A stretch of 64,000 nucleotides of DNA. It comes from an uncultured Acidimicrobiales bacterium. Lineage in GTDB: Bacteria; Actinomycetota; Acidimicrobiia; Acidimicrobiales; SZUA-35. Positions 62,684 through 64,000 of the stretch are shown here, piece after piece. The position numbers and the translations under genes are program-made. The notes under the pieces were generated by a model, which worked only from the letters and a program-made list of their open reading frames with translations, was not told where the DNA came from and made no database searches. Numbering within the stretch: position 1 is the stretch's first letter; each line of letters starts with the position of its first letter. The stretch spans positions 462,555 through 526,554 of the forward strand of contig CAVRSZ010000008.1 of assembly GCA_963723995.1 (NCBI GenBank). Reading direction: 5' to 3'.

Positions 62684-64000
62684 ATGGTTCGCCTCACCAT
62701 GGCACCCTCGATAGGCCATACTGGTCACCTGTCGCGCAGATGGAGGGGGATCCGATTGGCTGCGACGCCCAGTGCCGATGTCGGCTCGATCATCGCTCTT
62801 GCTGCTCCCACCGCAGCGTCGAGACGTCGTGCCCCCGTTTTCTCATTGCCCGCTCGTCTGGCTCGTCTGGCCGGACTGACCCGACGGGACACGGTCTCCG
62901 ATCTTGCGCTGGCCGCCGGCGGCTTCGCCGCCTACAAGGCTCTCGACGCCCTGACCAGGGGAGCGGCCGAGCTCGACACCGGCAGTGCGGCCGGACCGTC
63001 ACTGCTGGTCGCCGCCATCACCGGCAACCCGCTGCACTGGCTGGTGCTCGCTGTGGTGGCTGGAGTAGCAGCGTGGCGACGACTCGACCTCGTTCTGTCG
63101 CCATGGTCGGCACTGGACCATGGTTCGGTTCTGCGCTGGCTGGCGGGACCACTGATCGTACTGTTGGCGTGGCAGGGGTCGTTGTATCACTACAACTTCC
63201 TCCTCGACCGGGGCCATCTGCTCGATCGGTCGCTGGTCTTGATACTGGCACTGGCGGCGCTGGTTCGCCCGGCGTTTCTTCTTCCATTCGCCCTTCAGAG
63301 CCGGATTGTCGCCGCCCAATTCGCTCTTCCCTCCGGTATTCTCGCCGCCCAGAACATCGACGAACTCCTCATCATCGTGGTGCTGGCCGTGGCCGGTGCC
63401 CACCTGGTTGTCGTGCTCACCGGCCGCAACGACACCGCGGCCGTCATGCTCGTGGTGATCGCCGCCGTCGCAACCCACTTCTTCGTTCCCGGTCGGGGCA
63501 AGCTGGCGTTGGGCTGGTTGATGGAGGAGAACCTGGCCAATCTGGCCTCCAGCGGCCGCAATCTCGGCTGGCTTGGCCAGACCGGCGATTCCCTGTCAAG
63601 GTTCCTGGCCGACCTTGCCGTCACCCTGGGCTGGCCGGCCAGGGCGGCGACCATTGTCCTCGAACTGCTGGCCGCAGTGGCGGCCGCCACGTATCGATGG
63701 TTCCGATGGTGGCTGCCGGCCGCCATTCTGTTTCACATCGTGAACTTCCTGTTCCTCGGATACTGGTTCTTCTCCTGGATCGTTCTCGAGTTGGTGTTGC
63801 TGGTGATTCTGACCCGGCCCGGACTCGGCGACTGGCTCGGTCGCAATCTGACGCCCGGGCGGGCCGTCATGACGATGGCGGCGGTGGTGCTGGCCGGTCC
63901 GGTACTGTTTCACCCACCGGGCCTGGCCTGGCTCGACAGTCCTGTCTCCTACGGCTACCAATTCGAAGGTGTCGGTGTGTCCGGCGCCCGCTATCACGTC
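62684..64000 (+). CDS. polytopic membrane protein, unknown function; the gene continues beyond the window end
   Basis: An open frame from ATG 62684 (or 62699) to the window end. It is very hydrophobic with high GC3 (..LLVAAITGNPLHWLVLAVVAGVAAW.., ..FHIVNFLFLGYWFFSWIVLELVLLVIL..). It is not in the ORF track because no stop lies in the window. Confidence 0.6.
   Translation, partial: MVRLTMAPSIGHTGHLSRRWRGIRLAATPSADVGSIIALAAPTAASRRRAPVFSLPARLARLAGLTRRDTVSDLALAAGGFAAYKALDALTRGAAELDTGSAAGPSLLVAAITGNPLHWLVLAVVAGVAAWRRLDLVLSPWSALDHGSVLRWLAGPLIVLLAWQGSLYHYNFLLDRGHLLDRSLVLILALAALVRPAFLLPFALQSRIVAAQFALPSGILAAQNIDELLIIVVLAVAGAHLVVVLTGRNDTAAVMLVVIAAVATHFFVPGRGKLALGWLMEENLANLASSGRNLGWLGQTGDSLSRFLADLAVTLGWPARAATIVLELLAAVAAATYRWFRWWLPAAILFHIVNFLFLGYWFFSWIVLELVLLVILTRPGLGDWLGRNLTPGRAVMTMAAVVLAGPVLFHPPGLAWLDSPVSYGYQFEGVGVSGARYHV

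Overview
The window is high-GC (hand counts on sampled lines give about 65-70%) and densely coding. It looks like actinobacterial chromosome, judging from an LprG-MFS pair, an LLM/F420-type oxidoreductase, a GAF-PucR regulator and VapBC modules. I found no rRNA, no intact tRNA, no CRISPR array and no recognisable transposase or integrase. All calls rest on motif recognition in the supplied translations, codon third-position GC and gene packing; no similarity search was possible.

**Layout**
1. **1-9.1 kb: decayed integration hotspot.** It holds three tRNA 3'-half fragments, two of them near-identical tRNA-Ser(GGA) 3' halves, and a 104-bp tandem repeat. It also holds a PIN pseudogene, an orphan VapB-like gene and two paralogous vapBC operons that share a palindromic operator. 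Its cargo is a tightly coupled patatin / large CHAT-type protein / MBL-hydrolase cassette, a candidate conflict or defence system.
2. **9.3-16.3 kb: miscellaneous genes.** These are a NIPSNAP-like protein, a ceramidase-like membrane protein, a small secreted peptide, two MFS transporters, a coupled serine protease plus small protein, and LprG.
3. **16.4-32.3 kb: divergent bacterial microcompartment (BMC) locus.** It encodes BMC-P, two BMC-H, BMC-T, EutJ, an acylating aldehyde dehydrogenase, a Zn-ADH and a malate dehydrogenase with an N-terminal extension. The cargo is unusual: a PPDK-like enzyme with a degenerate C-terminal domain, a stand-alone PEP-swivel domain protein, a HAD phosphatase with a tail, three proteins I cannot classify, and a GAF-PucR regulator. 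This is my best candidate for an undescribed system.
4. **32.4-38.6 kb:** a GH3 beta-glucosidase, a membrane protein, a tannase/feruloyl esterase and a small toxin-antitoxin-like gene pair.
5. **38.7-43 kb:** an LLM oxidoreductase, an FAD oxidoreductase, two hydantoin-racemase paralogs and a SnoaL-like protein.
6. **43-44.6 kb:** a stand-alone nucleotidyl-cyclase-like gene embedded in gene debris.
7. **44.9-61.4 kb:** SRPBCC, epimerase and OYE-type reductase genes. They are followed by an IclR-controlled catabolic island: an ABC amino-acid importer, a LeuCD-like hydratase, an ICL/PEP-mutase-family lyase, amidohydrolases, a TauD dioxygenase and a class V aminotransferase.
8. **61.4-64 kb:** a tandemly duplicated structured leader, a membrane-anchored molybdoenzyme and a polytopic membrane protein that runs off the window.

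Four genes show clear single-base frame disruptions, and the 3' end of a fifth (the MBL hydrolase) is suspect. These are either assembly indels or real decay.
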